In this document: in pieces, positions 8,781 to 19,984 of the stretch
Layout of the letters: every line of letters starts with the position of its first letter
Position numbering within the stretch: the first letter of the stretch is position 1
NCBI GenBank assembly: GCA_963668625.2
Contig: CAXXKA010000008.1
Coordinates: 96,001 to 160,000 of the forward strand
From: an uncultured candidate division Zixibacteria bacterium
GTDB taxonomy: Bacteria > Zixibacteria > MSB-5A5 > UBA10806 > 4484-95
Direction: 5' to 3'
Length of the DNA stretch: 64,000 bases
Notes under the pieces: generated by a model
Databases searched by the model: none
Told to the model about the DNA's origin: nothing
What the model saw: only the letters and a program-made list of their open reading frames with translations
Translations under genes and position numbers: made by a program

Positions 8781-10148
8781 CTAGCCGGTCATTACCGGTT
8801 CCTCGGCATAAACCAGTTCGCCTTTTTTCGTCGGCCTGATAAGCGAAAATGCTAAGGTAAGAAGACCGACCCGACCGGCGAACATGGCTATTATAATTAT
8901 TACTTTACCCAGCCCGGATAAGTTCGGAGTCAAACCCAGCGACAGGCCAACCGTACCGAACGCCGAAATCACCTCGAACAGGCTCTCTCCCAGCCAGCCA
9001 TGAGCGACATAATGGGAGATTGGTCTCTCCTCAGCGAACATGAGAAGGCTGAGCACGACAACTACCATCAGGGAGGACATTATGAATACGGTTATCGCCC
9101 GCGTAACGGACTCATCGTTGATGGTTCTCTTAAACACTACTACATGTGTGTTACCCCTGAATTTGTTGTATGCCAGCAGAAGTATCAATAGAATAGTCGT
9201 AATCTTTATTCCACCGGCTGTCGATCCGGGGCAGGCCCCGATAAACATCAATATAGTCGTAATCAGCAAACTGAATTCGGTCATCTCGGCTTGAGGAATC
9301 ATGTTAAACCCGGCCGTGCGACTGGTGACCGACTGAAAGAACGAGTTGAAAATACCCTGGATAAGGCTATGCTCGGTGAAAGTGTTTCTGTATTCGGCAA
9401 CCAGAAAAGCCACGGTACCTATTACCAGGAGCACGATCGTACCGGTCAGGCAGAGTTTAGTATGGAGTGAAAAACGTATCTGCCTGTTTTTAATTTTCTC
9501 GAATACCTCCCGGATGACCGCGAATCCCAGTCCCCCGGCAATAATCAGAGCCGAGAATATCAGAATGGTTGGGATATCGTGCTGGTATGATTCCAGGCTG
9601 TTGGAAAACAGCGAGAACCCGGCGTTACAGAAAGCCGAGATCGAATGGAAGACAGCATAGTAAGCCGCCCGGTCGACCGGGTATTGGGGGTAGAATCTGA
9701 AAAATAGCAATATCGCTCCTACCAATTCGACCGAAAGTGTCGTGAATATAACCGCTTTAAGGAGTGATACATGCTTGCCTCTATCATCGGCTAAAAAGCT
9801 TTGTGAAAGCCCGAGACGTTCGCTGAATGACAGCCTGGACCCGAGGGCGGTGAATAAGGCGGTGGCAAATGTCATAATGCCCAGCCCGCCAAGCTGAATA
9901 AGCGCCAGGATGATGAGTTGCCCGACCAGGCTGAAATCCTTGCCGGTATCGACAACGACCAGACCGGTTACACAAACCGCCGAGGTGGAGGTGAAAAGCG
10001 CATCCAGAAAGCTGATATCTTTACCGGAACCGGCGATCGGCAACGACAGGAGTATTCCGCCTATCAGTATAGCGAATATGAAATATAAGGCGATACGCCT
10101 GCCGGGATTTACACCGAAAATTTGCATGTTTAAATATAGATCAATCAA
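8781..10148 (-). CDS. ktrB: Ktr/Trk potassium uptake membrane subunit (KtrB/TrkH)
   Basis: SAVCVTGL, SAFCNAGFS, RTAGF, SAFGTVGLS pore motifs. Confidence 0.93.
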   Translation of the reverse strand: MIDLYLNMQIFGVNPGRRIALYFIFAILIGGILLSLPIAGSGKDISFLDALFTSTSAVCVTGLVVVDTGKDFSLVGQLIILALIQLGGLGIMTFATALFTALGSRLSFSERLGLSQSFLADDRGKHVSLLKAVIFTTLSVELVGAILLFFRFYPQYPVDRAAYYAVFHSISAFCNAGFSLFSNSLESYQHDIPTILIFSALIIAGGLGFAVIREVFEKIKNRQIRFSLHTKLCLTGTIVLLVIGTVAFLVAEYRNTFTEHSLIQGIFNSFFQSVTSRTAGFNMIPQAEMTEFSLLITTILMFIGACPGSTAGGIKITTILLILLLAYNKFRGNTHVVVFKRTINDESVTRAITVFIMSSLMVVVVLSLLMFAEERPISHYVAHGWLGESLFEVISAFGTVGLSLGLTPNLSGLGKVIIIIAMFAGRVGLLTLAFSLIRPTKKGELVYAEEPVMTG

Positions 10149-10203
10149 AAAGCCAAAAGCAAGTGATTACATGTTTGCTGCATATCGGAAATCCGTGTTA
10201 TTG

Positions 10204-11313
10204 TTAGCCCAGATGCGATTTCATCATAGCCCGAAGATCGACCTCGAATTCGCCCTCGATTATACCGCGACGAGTGACTTGCTGGATACTGATTTGATCC
10301 CAGCCGAAATTACCCTCGATTATCACCGGCCCTTTATCGGATATCGCTATATCCCAGCCTATTGATCTCAGGTGATGGACTTTCGAATGGGCTTCTTTAG
10401 CTATCTCAACGGCCTCATTATAGTAGGGTAATGTTTCACCCTTTATGGGGGCATCGGTATCCGGATGGTTTTCGAAAATGATGATATCATTTTTCTGAGG
10501 TGAAACAGCCGCCTCCATTACGCCGTCAGGATTGACCCTGGCTCCAATATTCGAGATAGCGACATTATCCACGGCGCTGCCCCAGCGGGCTATTTTAAGA
10601 AGCGTTGCCAGCACCTGGATTTCACCGTTACTGGTGATATATGTGACGGTGCGTAATGTCTGGGCGGTGGTATCGCAGTATTTATCGAGAAATGGATGCT
10701 GGCAGACTGCCTTTTCTACGATATAAGAATCTTTAACGTATCGTTGCTTGCTATAAGATGAGTCGGATAAGCGTTTGTGAAGCTCTGCTATGCTCATTTC
10801 GCCCTCGCCTACTACTCGAATATTGCCTTCACCGATGAATTTGCACCTTAGAACACCCATCCCTTTATACGAACTGATGGGCTTGATTACGAACGTTGTT
10901 TCCGGATATTTACCGAACATGAGGTTGAGATCATCCTCGGTTCGAAGAGTTCCCTTGCTTAACGTATAGCCGAAATGAGGCTCGAACACGCCATACATAC
11001 TGGGAACGGGCAAACCGATAGCGCTGCCGAACAGGCTGAATATCATCTTATTAAGCGCGCCAACATCTTTGCGTGGATTTACCCTGCTTTCCATAAGATA
11101 GTACTGGAACTGGCTTAAAAAGCGTGTCTTCTCCTCCCAGCTTAAATCATCCTTATAGAGGTGGTAACAATGGTATTCCTCAGGCTCCAGGTAATTCAAG
11201 CGGCGAAGTTTATACATCTCCTGAAATTGCTTTAAAAAACCGAGACTGGTACAGGACCGACTTTTTTTCCAGATATTATATGCTTTTTTCAAGAAACGAT
11301 GATATTTCAGCAT
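10204..11313 (-). CDS. ATP-grasp protein (sugar-transfer-associated type)
   Basis: VIKP...G.GV, QHP, TLRTVT, VDN and IGWDIAISDKGPVIIEGN motifs. Confidence 0.8.
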   Translation of the reverse strand: MLKYHRFLKKAYNIWKKSRSCTSLGFLKQFQEMYKLRRLNYLEPEEYHCYHLYKDDLSWEEKTRFLSQFQYYLMESRVNPRKDVGALNKMIFSLFGSAIGLPVPSMYGVFEPHFGYTLSKGTLRTEDDLNLMFGKYPETTFVIKPISSYKGMGVLRCKFIGEGNIRVVGEGEMSIAELHKRLSDSSYSKQRYVKDSYIVEKAVCQHPFLDKYCDTTAQTLRTVTYITSNGEIQVLATLLKIARWGSAVDNVAISNIGARVNPDGVMEAAVSPQKNDIIIFENHPDTDAPIKGETLPYYNEAVEIAKEAHSKVHHLRSIGWDIAISDKGPVIIEGNFGWDQISIQQVTRRGIIEGEFEVDLRAMMKSHLG

Positions 11314-11504
11314 CTACGCTCTTGCCTTTCGATTTAATAATTAAGTCGACCGAATCGCTTAAATATAGATAGCTTATGTTAAAAAAATCCAATAAAAATT
11401 TTACTGATACAGGTAAAGGTATGGTTTAACGGCGTTATGATATTGGAGTCAGGCTATTGCATAATTATTGACATTTATAATATCAATGCCAATATTATCT
11501 ATAA

Positions 11505-12326
11505 TTGGATTTAACAATACAATTGGAAGGAATAATGAGTAGAGCAAGTTATATCATTAGTATCACCGCCATAATTTTTCTGATATTTTCCGCATCAGGT
11601 TTTGCCGATTCAGGAATAATTCGACCGCAGTACAAAATCTCGGTCTATGGCGGCTGGGGTGGCTATAACCTTGGTGAGATTTATAATGCTGACTCACTCT
11701 TTCTTCCCTATCTCCAGGGTTATCTTGACGATCCCGAAAGTGTTGATGTGTTGACAGTTCCAGTAAATCGTTCGAATGGAATTTTTTTCAACGCGAATTC
11801 CCCGGAGTTCGCCGGGCAGTTTAGTCTGGGGGTTCATTTAAAAGGCCCCTGGTATGTAACCGGAGGCTTTCATTACGAAAAATGGCAGGAACTACAGAAT
11901 CATTCAAGAACGAATGATTGGGCAGGCCGCACTGTTGTCACCCGGTTAGGGCAAAGCTTTTTCGAAACTACCGCAATCATTCCTTTCATAGCCATCGAGT
12001 ACACCGATAGATTCTGGAAATTTAATTATCAATCCAGCATAGGCATTGCAAATTGCCATACTAAAATGAATGTCAGGTACCGGGCGTTTACTGATGATGA
12101 AATCGATCTCGGGCGGTATAAATACAACTCTATCGGTATCATACTGGCCGGCGGACTGTCATACGATATGTTCGGTTTCACCTCGATAAATCTGCAGGGC
12201 GGCTATCGCATATTCGGCGGGAATAGACTGGAGCCCGACGAGCGTAATAACGATATCGATATGGATTTCGATTACTCAGGAGCGTTTTTCGGTGTTGGCA
12301 TGAGCTATGGGTTCGGGACGTTGTAG
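11505..12326 (+). CDS. Putative outer-membrane beta-barrel protein
   Basis: Signal peptide; C-terminal alternating strand DYSGAFFGVGMSYGF. Confidence 0.65.
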   Translation: MDLTIQLEGIMSRASYIISITAIIFLIFSASGFADSGIIRPQYKISVYGGWGGYNLGEIYNADSLFLPYLQGYLDDPESVDVLTVPVNRSNGIFFNANSPEFAGQFSLGVHLKGPWYVTGGFHYEKWQELQNHSRTNDWAGRTVVTRLGQSFFETTAIIPFIAIEYTDRFWKFNYQSSIGIANCHTKMNVRYRAFTDDEIDLGRYKYNSIGIILAGGLSYDMFGFTSINLQGGYRIFGGNRLEPDERNNDIDMDFDYSGAFFGVGMSYGFGTL

Positions 12327-12419
12327 CCTGCCCCAGGAATTAATCGCAAATAATTCATAAATTCATTCGCATATCTAAAATATTCATATAAATTCTCGAC
12401 TTTTTAAAATATTTTACGT

Positions 12420-13034
12420 ATGGGAATTACTATGAATTATAAGCAAAATGATCTACTGGAAAATGCCCGCATATTACAATGTAGCGCATATGATGTCATC
12501 GAGAAAATTGAGTTGCTGGCTAATTGGCGGAAGATAGGCAAGCCTGAATTGGTTGGCTCTATGTGTTTTGGGTTAATGGGTTCGCATAATATCGATCTGG
12601 AGGTTTACACCGAGGCGCCGGATATCAGGGAGGGTTTCGATGTCATAAAGGAGATCGCCGCCTGCCCGGGTATCGAGAAAATCGAATACATGAATTTCAT
12701 GGGTACCTCCGATCCCGGCCTGTACTGGCGTATTGATTATCGCGACGGCAAGGGCGATCTCTGGGATATAGATAATTGGCTGGTACCGTATAGCCACCCG
12801 AATGCAGGGCAAGCCGGCTCGCTCGCCAAAACGATGGAGCAAGCATTAACCGATGAGACCCGCCTCGCGATACTGGAGATAAAATCACAGCGCACGAAAG
12901 ATTCAGGCGCCCGAGGCATAGATATTTACCGAGCGGTGATAGAACACGGCATTCGCGGTTATGAGGATTTTTGCAAGTGGCTGGCTAATAACCAGTGCGA
13001 GGGGATAGACACCTGGCTGCCTAAATATCTTTAA
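12420..13034 (+). CDS. Hypothetical protein, possible nucleotidyltransferase-like fold
   Basis: VGS...NIDLEV and WDIDNW resemble a pol-beta NTase signature. Confidence 0.55.
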   Translation: MGITMNYKQNDLLENARILQCSAYDVIEKIELLANWRKIGKPELVGSMCFGLMGSHNIDLEVYTEAPDIREGFDVIKEIAACPGIEKIEYMNFMGTSDPGLYWRIDYRDGKGDLWDIDNWLVPYSHPNAGQAGSLAKTMEQALTDETRLAILEIKSQRTKDSGARGIDIYRAVIEHGIRGYEDFCKWLANNQCEGIDTWLPKYL

Positions 13035-13139
13035 CCAGCTTTTACTCACTTAGCAGAAATAATTTAATTCAGGTACTTCCAAAAAGTTTTTGATTATATG
13101 GAGTAAACCGCGCAAGAGATGGAATGAGGTTTCTTTTGG

Positions 13140-13345
13140 GCCCTCTCCCTGGCCTCGATGGCTGTCGAATTTCTCGATTGTCGGCAAAACAAGCAAATAC
13201 ACGGGAAAATACCGATTCTCTGGGGATATCAGAGACACTCTCCCAACCGCAGAGCCGCCGAAGGTTCGGGGTTGACCGCAAATAGTCGAGCAACTGACGA
13301 GTCGTGGTTAAATTGTATACCGACTTGGCGAATTTTGCAAAAGGC
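13140..13345 (-). pseudogene. Transposase fragment (IS5/ISNCY-like N-terminal region)
   Basis: Reads AKSVYNLTTTRQLLDYLRSTPNLRRLCGWESVSDIPRESVFSRVF; no DDE domain follows. Confidence 0.7.
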
Positions 13346-13369
13346 TCGTTTATATATTATTAACTAATA

Positions 13370-14368
13370 TTATATCCCTAAATACGGCACTGCATTCAAA
13401 TCCAGCTCCGAATGAATTCCTCGCTCCAGATAATACGCTCCCGCCATGGCTATCATGGCGGCATTGTCTGTCGAAAGATTCGGGCCGGGGAAGAATGTCT
13501 CGATACCGTGCTTGTCGGCAAGCTCTTTGGTCATCTCCCGCAGACGTGCGTTCATCGACACGCCGCCGGATACCGAGAGCTTATCGATACGGTTTTTACG
13601 GCAGGCGGTTATCGCTTTCACCGCTAGCACCTCGCATACCGCCTCCTGGAACGAGGCCGTGATATCCGCCAGGTGCTCCTGTATGTAATCCTCGGTTTTA
13701 TCGCGAAGGTATACCGCTACGGCAGTTTTAAGGCCGGAAAACGAGAACTCGGATGAGTCTTTGCCCATAAAAGCGCGGGGGAATTTGAAAAACTTCGGAT
13801 CGCCACTCAGGGCTGCATTTTGTATAGCGGGGCCTCCGGGATATGCCAGCCCCAGCACCTTGGCAACCTTATCGAACGCCTCGCCGGGAGCGTCATCCCG
13901 CGTTTTGCCCAGAAGCTCGTAACTGCCCCAGTCGTTTACTTTCACCAGGTTGGAATGCCCGCCCGATACCAACAGCGCGATAAACGGTGGTTTGCAGTTT
14001 TCGTGAGAGAGGTTGTTGGAAAATATATGCCCCTCGAGATGGTTAACCCCGATAAACGGTTTGCCAGAGGCCTGCGCCAGTGATTTGACGAATGTCAGGC
14101 CGACAAGAAGCGCACCCACCAGCCCGGGGCCGTAAGTGACAGCCAGAGCGTCGATATTATCAAGTGAGCAATTAGCATCTTTAAGAGCTTTATCTACTAT
14201 GCCGGTGAGACGTTTTATATGTTCTCGTGAGGCCAGTTCGGGCACCACGCCGCCGTACCGTTCATGTTCCAATTGCGAATGGATTATATTGGAAATCAGG
14301 TTACGCGGATATTCCAACACCGCCGCCGCTGTTTCATCACAGGAGGTTTCAACGCCTAATACGAGCAT
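13370..14368 (-). CDS. tsaD: tRNA N6-adenosine threonylcarbamoyltransferase
   Basis: LGVETSCDET, GGVVPELASREH, NHLEGH, DDAPGEAFDK, TDNAAMIA; start trimmed to MLVLG. Confidence 0.97.
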   Translation of the reverse strand: MLVLGVETSCDETAAAVLEYPRNLISNIIHSQLEHERYGGVVPELASREHIKRLTGIVDKALKDANCSLDNIDALAVTYGPGLVGALLVGLTFVKSLAQASGKPFIGVNHLEGHIFSNNLSHENCKPPFIALLVSGGHSNLVKVNDWGSYELLGKTRDDAPGEAFDKVAKVLGLAYPGGPAIQNAALSGDPKFFKFPRAFMGKDSSEFSFSGLKTAVAVYLRDKTEDYIQEHLADITASFQEAVCEVLAVKAITACRKNRIDKLSVSGGVSMNARLREMTKELADKHGIETFFPGPNLSTDNAAMIAMAGAYYLERGIHSELDLNAVPYLGI

Positions 14369-14369
14369 T

Positions 14370-14780
14370 TTATAATCGGGTTGAATCGGGTTGAAAGCTT
14401 TCCAGTTCGAATTCACAGGCAAGCGGCGCGATGAATTTTATGGCAACGCCGTTATTACCGCCGGGTATCGCCAGGTGATCCTCGGTAAATTCCAATGAGT
14501 ACTCGCCGGCATGGGTAAAATCCGATAAGTTTATAATCAGCTTAGGCTCCTCGAAATAGAGAATTTTCAACAGGCTCTTACCATCGGCGGTGAGTTCGAC
14601 TGTCGCCGATTTCTGGCTGTTCTTACCCATCGCCATTCCTCTGGGAATGCCCGTATACTCTATATCGAGGGTTATCTCCTGATGGTAACTCTGTTGTGTG
14701 GTCAGATGAAACCACAAGAACAAAGCCAGCAGGAGTCCGCCGATTTTCCAGCTAATATTTCTGAATATTTTTCTACGCAC
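14370..14780 (-). CDS. YbbR/CdaR-like membrane-anchored protein
   Basis: N-terminal 'RNISWKIGGLLLALFLWF' anchor typical of YbbR proteins. Confidence 0.6.
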   Translation of the reverse strand: MRRKIFRNISWKIGGLLLALFLWFHLTTQQSYHQEITLDIEYTGIPRGMAMGKNSQKSATVELTADGKSLLKILYFEEPKLIINLSDFTHAGEYSLEFTEDHLAIPGGNNGVAIKFIAPLACEFELESFQPDSTRL

Positions 14781-14796
14781 TATTTTAGGTGTCGGT

Positions 14797-14985
14797 TTAT
14801 TTGTCGGAGAACTTCAGGATTCTACCGAAAGAAACCTCTCCGTTATCTATTCTTATGGAGAAGCCACAATCGGGATTCGTGCACACCCAGGCTTTGAAAC
14901 GAATTTCCGAGCCATCCCGCCCATAATCTGAAAGCGGTACCAATAAACCCTTGCCACACTTTAGGCATTCTGGATATTTGTCCAT
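14797..14985 (-). CDS. Small zinc-ribbon protein
   Basis: CLKC...CTNPDC; GGGAGG RBS; co-oriented with ybbR-like and tsaD. Confidence 0.75.
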   Translation of the reverse strand: MDKYPECLKCGKGLLVPLSDYGRDGSEIRFKAWVCTNPDCGFSIRIDNGEVSFGRILKFSDK

Positions 14986-15198
14986 TATTGCCTCCCATCA
15001 TTAAAAAGCTTACCGGAATATAGATATCAAAGACTCAGGTTGCTGTCAAGCGAAATTGATTGAAGTAATTGACTTTAAATCATTATATCGGTGGTAATGG
15101 TGAGACCGGAAATTAAAATGACTATTTTGATGACCTTATATACTCACAGATGGTATAATAAATAAAAGGTGAAAAACCAGGTATAAAGGATAACCCGC

Positions 15199-15978
15199 TT
15201 GAAAAAGCACCGCCCATATTGGTTCTATATAGTAATAGTTACCTTATTGTTTGTTATAGGCATAGTTACAGCCTATTCAAATACGATAAATACTTATCGG
15301 GATGCCCAGAGAGTTAAAAGTATAATTAACAGCAATCATGAGAAAGCAGCAAAGTTATTCAGAACCAAAGGGATGACTTATCCTGCCGATCGTATTTTTA
15401 TCAGGATATTAAAATACGAGCGGGAGATTGAATTATGGGCTAAGTCTGAAACCGATTCGGTATATTCGCATATTGTAACTTATAAAATGACAGGATATTC
15501 CGGTAAACTTGGTCCAAAAAGAAAGCAGGGGGATCGCCAGATACCGGAGGGGTTTTATCTAATAGACAGGTTTAATCCCTGGAGCAACTTCCATCTCTCG
15601 CTGGGTATAAACTACCCAAATAAATCCGATCGTATATTGAAATCAGGCGGAAATCCCGGCGGTGATATATTCATTCATGGAGGCAAAGTAACTATCGGTT
15701 GCGTGCCTATCGGTGATGAGGCTATAGAACAATTATACACGATCTCGCTTGAGATATATAGCAACGGAGGAAAGGATATTCAGGTTCATATTTTCCCTTG
15801 CAGAATGGATGATATTTCCAACAATTATATGCTTAAGACTAAATCATTCGGTAAGGCCAAACTGTCTAAATTCTGGGATAATATTAAAACCGGATATGAA
15901 TATTTCCAGAAACATAAAAAGCTGCCGTCATATACGATTAATAGCAGTGGGGCCTATAAATTCAATATCTCGCCTTAA
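15199..15978 (+). CDS. YkuD-family L,D-transpeptidase-like protein (YafK/DpaA-like)
   Basis: GPKRKQGDRQIPEGFY, SLGINYPN, catalytic IFIHGGKVTIGC. Confidence 0.88.
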   Translation: MKKHRPYWFYIVIVTLLFVIGIVTAYSNTINTYRDAQRVKSIINSNHEKAAKLFRTKGMTYPADRIFIRILKYEREIELWAKSETDSVYSHIVTYKMTGYSGKLGPKRKQGDRQIPEGFYLIDRFNPWSNFHLSLGINYPNKSDRILKSGGNPGGDIFIHGGKVTIGCVPIGDEAIEQLYTISLEIYSNGGKDIQVHIFPCRMDDISNNYMLKTKSFGKAKLSKFWDNIKTGYEYFQKHKKLPSYTINSSGAYKFNISP

Positions 15979-15993
15979 TTTTATACATTAACT

Positions 15994-16248
15994 CACTAGT
16001 GTCCGGTGTTTTTCGGTAAATTTTCAAATTCTCCTTGGAATTGTTAGTGAAAGATGTTTTCCGATATAATTATTATATTCAGCGTATCATGCATCCTGAC
16101 ACGCCCTGTCGATGTTAGGCTAAGTTCCCTGGTTTCCAAGCGCTGCCTGGCAACCTTCTTGTGTCATGTAGAATGCGCATTCTGCCGGCAAACAAGCCAC
16201 GTTGCGAAGCAGCGCTTCGCAACGAGATGGAAAGGCCGGACAGTGGTG
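15994..16248 (+). mobile_element. MITE family A, full copy (255 bp)
   Basis: TIR CACTAGTGTCCGG / CCGGACAGTGGTG; 9-bp flanks ACATTAACT / AAATTAACT; internal palindrome CGTTGCGAAGCAGCGCTTCGCAACG. Confidence 0.9.
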
Positions 16249-16365
16249 AAATTAACTGATAAATCTAGATAAATCGACAATAGTAATTGCCACATTTATA
16301 ATATTTATGTATAATATTTATGACACGGTTCAACAATAAAATTCAATATCAACCGGGAGAATTAC

Positions 16366-16866
16366 ATGACTATCGAGGAAGCTATCAAGCTGGCGCTTGA
16401 ATATGAGGTCAGGGTCCGGGATGCCTATCTTCAGGCGGCTAAAAACTCCAGTGATGACACCGGAAGGAAAATTTTCAAAGTGCTCGGGCAAGAGGAACAA
16501 ACCCACGTTAATTACCTGCGCGAACGCCTTCAGGAATGGCAAAGTACTGGCAAAATCAATACCGAAAAGCTCGATACGCTAGTGCCATCCCCCACGAAAA
16601 TTGCCGAGGGTATGGCAAAATTAGAGCCTAACCTTTCCGGGAAAGTATCAGGTTCCGAAAGAGATTTTCTGGAGAATGCCCTGGCACTGGAAAAGGAGAC
16701 CTCCGCATTTTACGAGAGAATGGTTGCCGAGATGGGCAAAGACGGCGAGGTATTCAACCGCTTCATGGAGATAGAAAGAGGCCATGTGGCAATCGTTCAG
16801 GCCGAGATGGATTACATGAACCAATCGGGCTATTTCTTCGATTTTCAGGATTTCGCGATGGTGTAA
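16366..16866 (+). CDS. Ferritin-like/rubrerythrin-domain protein
   Basis: Two ExxH-type diiron half-sites (EEQTH, ERGH). Confidence 0.85.
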   Translation: MTIEEAIKLALEYEVRVRDAYLQAAKNSSDDTGRKIFKVLGQEEQTHVNYLRERLQEWQSTGKINTEKLDTLVPSPTKIAEGMAKLEPNLSGKVSGSERDFLENALALEKETSAFYERMVAEMGKDGEVFNRFMEIERGHVAIVQAEMDYMNQSGYFFDFQDFAMV

Positions 16867-17153
16867 AACGACTATAAAGAGTTTCATGTTTTCAGATATG
16901 CTATTAATTTATATAGTACTATATAATACTAACCACCTCTTATTCAGATACTAATTTAGTTGATAATCCATTGCCTATCAACTGAATACGTGCGCCTCTT
17001 ATATCCTGATCAAATCAGTTGGTATAAGATATCCACCATCATTTTCAGACTGAAACATAAAGCGTTCACTCCAGAATAGAATAACCAATTGTCAAGCAAC
17101 CAATAGCTCAATCCTCCGATACTCTGACAAAAGCGATCAATTAAGGAGGAGTT

Positions 17154-17417
17154 ATGATTTATTGGGGAATTATGCTATTTGCGTTGGGCATGCTCGCGCT
17201 TGCCGATTTCACGGTGACTGGCGGTGAAATATTCGGTTCGATCAACTCGATTATCTTCCTGGCCCTGTCATTCGCGGTATTAATAAGGGTAAGGAATAAA
17301 CAGCGTGAGGGCCAGATCGAGAGACTGAAGTCTGAAAACCAGGAATATAGACGGATACTGGGCCAGCCCGAATCAAGTCAGGAAAATAAGCCAAAAGCCC
17401 AAGAGGCGATGTTTTAA
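17154..17417 (+). CDS. Small two-TM membrane protein
   Basis: AAGGAGG RBS; two hydrophobic helices; terminator downstream. Confidence 0.75.
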   Translation: MIYWGIMLFALGMLALADFTVTGGEIFGSINSIIFLALSFAVLIRVRNKQREGQIERLKSENQEYRRILGQPESSQENKPKAQEAMF

Positions 17418-17445
17418 GTCATCCGGGCAATGAGGGTGAAAGTTT

Positions 17446-17472
17446 AAAAGGCGCTCAACAGGGCGCTTTTTT
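17446..17472 (+). terminator. Intrinsic terminator
   Basis: AAAAGGCGCTC-AACA-GGGCGCTTTTTT. Confidence 0.7.
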
Positions 17473-17840
17473 ATTTCCCTCTGCGGCCTGGTGGAACACC
17501 GGATATGCAATACAGGGTCATATGAGAGGAGATTTTCCGTAGGCAGACAGATTACCACGTCACCTTTGGGTTTCCCCGCTCACTCTGATTCGTTCCGGAA
17601 TATCAACCATACTTTCACCTACTTCGATGACAACCTCAGGACACGACCAAAGCACTCTGATTTTCAATTAAAACTATTACGTTGTATCAGGACATTCCAA
17701 TCGACCACGATCCATCCGAATGAAATAAGTGGACTTGTTGCCGGCTATAAATAAATCGGGATGTATTCGAACTTTTATAGGGAACTTAGGATCGATCATA
17801 CAAAGTATTTATACTGAAAATGCAAATTCAAAAGGAGTAA

Positions 17841-18545
17841 TTGATGAACTCTTATAATAAGACCGCAAAAATCGCCGGGTTTGGTTATCTGATTATAATA
17901 ATAGCCGGCATATTCTCCGAGTTTTTCATTCGCTCGAGCCTGATCATTACAGGTGATGCCGCGACTACCGCCGCTAATATATCAGCCTCCGAAAGTCTGT
18001 TTCGTATCAGCATTGGCGGTGATCTTGTCATGTTGCTGTTTGATGTCATTCTAGCCCTGGCGTTGTATGTACTGCTCAAACCCGTTAATAAGGGGCTGGC
18101 GTTGCTGGCGGCATTTTTTCGTCTGGTTCATGCAGCCATCTATGGTGCGAATCTTCTGAACCTGTATTTTGTCTCTCGACTGGCAAGCGGCGCTACGTTC
18201 ATGCAATCATTCGATACCAGCCAAATTCAGGAACTGATAATGCTGTTTTTGAATGCCCATAGTTTCGGCTATGTCATCGGCCTGGTGTTTTTCGGGATTC
18301 ATTGTTTGATACTGGGTTACCTTATTTATGAATCAGGCTATTTTCCGAGAATATTGGGGGTGCTAATTCTGCTTGCCGGCCTGGGTTACCTCATAGACTG
18401 CTATGCCAATATACTGATGTTAAACTACGCCCGTTATGCCGATATTTTCGCTATGATAGTTTTCATCCCGGCAGTCGTGGGTGAGCTTTCTCTAAGCTTG
18501 TATCTATTGATAAAGCGGATAAACATTCCCGAAATTCAGACGTAA
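17841..18545 (+). CDS. DUF4386-family membrane protein
   Basis: GDAATTAANI, YVLLKPVNK.LALLAAFFR, SGYFPRILG, GEL motifs. Confidence 0.85.
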   Translation: MMNSYNKTAKIAGFGYLIIIIAGIFSEFFIRSSLIITGDAATTAANISASESLFRISIGGDLVMLLFDVILALALYVLLKPVNKGLALLAAFFRLVHAAIYGANLLNLYFVSRLASGATFMQSFDTSQIQELIMLFLNAHSFGYVIGLVFFGIHCLILGYLIYESGYFPRILGVLILLAGLGYLIDCYANILMLNYARYADIFAMIVFIPAVVGELSLSLYLLIKRINIPEIQT

Positions 18546-18777
18546 TATCAGCCATCCAGATATTTGAGAGAATCCGAATTTGTGTTCTTAAAAAATCCAT
18601 TTTTTCGGGTTGATTTTGACACCTTTATTTGGCTTATTTAGTTATATGGTGAATGTGAATAATTTCTCAAAGATGGATGGCCGGAGGTATCTCCACAGGG
18701 TTTCAGGGAACGATTTCACCGAAGACATTGTAAATGCGAGCCGCTAAAACCGGCGTAAAAATAAAGGGAATAAATAG

Positions 18778-19980
18778 ATGAAAGCACATGCCGTAAAGCT
18801 TACCGATAAAGTTTACTGGGTAGGAGCAATCGATTGGAGCCTGAAAGAGTTTCATGGCTACGATACGCAGGGCACTACTTATAACGCATATCTTATTCTA
18901 GCCGATAAGATCACACTGATCGATACGGTCAAAGCCGAATTCAAAGATGAACTTCTGGCGCGAATCTCCTCAGTAATCGAGCCCGAGAAGATCGACTATA
19001 TAGTATCCAACCATGCCGAGATGGATCATTCGGGCAGCTTACCGGAGATGATACAACGTATAATGCCCGAAAAAGTATTCGCCTCCAAAGAAGGTGTCAA
19101 AGCCTTAATCGAGCATTTCGAGCTACCGGTGGAGGTAAACGAGGTCAGCGCCGGGGATGAGCTAAGCCTGGGCAACCTCAATCTGTCGTTTATCGAAACC
19201 CGGATGATACACTGGCCCGATTCGATGTTTACCTATCTCAAAGAGGAGGGTGTGCTGTTCTCGCAGGATGCTTTCGGGATGCATCTGGCCTCGACCGAGC
19301 GTTTCGACGATCAAATCAAACCCGGCAAAATCGAATATGAGGCGGCAAAGTACTACGCCAATATTATTAACCCGTACTCCAATCTCGTTGCCAAGCTGAT
19401 GGATAAACTACCGGGATTGAATCTCGATATCAAACTGATCGCCCCCGATCATGGGCCGGTATGGCGTTCGCATATCGAGGATGCTTTTAAATGGTATCGT
19501 CAGTGGTCGAAACCCGAAAGAACGAAAAAGGCGCTGGTGGTGTACGAGACGATGTGGCATTCCACCGAGAAGATGGCCTCCGCTATAGCAGAGGGCTTGA
19601 TAGAAGGCGGCGCGATTCCGAAAATAATGCCGCTCGATACTTTCCACAGCAGCGATATCGTCACCGAGCTTCTGGATGCCGGCGCGCTGGTGCTGGGTTG
19701 CCCGACATTTAACTCGGCTCTTTTGCCACCGGTAGCGGCATTCCTGGAATACGCCCGGGGTTTGAAATTCCGGCACATGATGGGAGCCTCGTTCGGCTCG
19801 TACGGCTGGAGCCCGAAATCGGTGAAACTGATGAATGAAGCGTTCGAAAACATGCGGATTGAATTGGCTCACGAGGGGATGCAAACCAAGTATGTCCCCA
19901 ATGATGAGGCGATGCAGGAGTGTTTCGATATGGGGCTGGCGATTGCGAAGAAGTTAACTAATACAACACAGGAGGGTTAA
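18778..19980 (+). CDS. fprA: Flavodiiron protein (FprA/NorV type)
   Basis: [30 protein letters not shown]-terminal flavodoxin domain (FGSYGWS). Confidence 0.95.
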   Translation: MKAHAVKLTDKVYWVGAIDWSLKEFHGYDTQGTTYNAYLILADKITLIDTVKAEFKDELLARISSVIEPEKIDYIVSNHAEMDHSGSLPEMIQRIMPEKVFASKEGVKALIEHFELPVEVNEVSAGDELSLGNLNLSFIETRMIHWPDSMFTYLKEEGVLFSQDAFGMHLASTERFDDQIKPGKIEYEAAKYYANIINPYSNLVAKLMDKLPGLNLDIKLIAPDHGPVWRSHIEDAFKWYRQWSKPERTKKALVVYETMWHSTEKMASAIAEGLIEGGAIPKIMPLDTFHSSDIVTELLDAGALVLGCPTFNSALLPPVAAFLEYARGLKFRHMMGASFGSYGWSPKSVKLMNEAFENMRIELAHEGMQTKYVPNDEAMQECFDMGLAIAKKLTNTTQEG

Positions 19981-19984
19981 AAAT

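Noticed and set aside
14374-14395. 10-bp tandem repeat AATCGGGTTG x2 just upstream of tsaD
   Set aside because: Only two units at a gene junction; no evidence of function.
16054-16272. Similar short ORFs at 16054, 28630 and 51622 that look like a protein family
   Set aside because: They lie within MITE A copies with inconsistent starts and stops; similarity reflects the DNA repeat.
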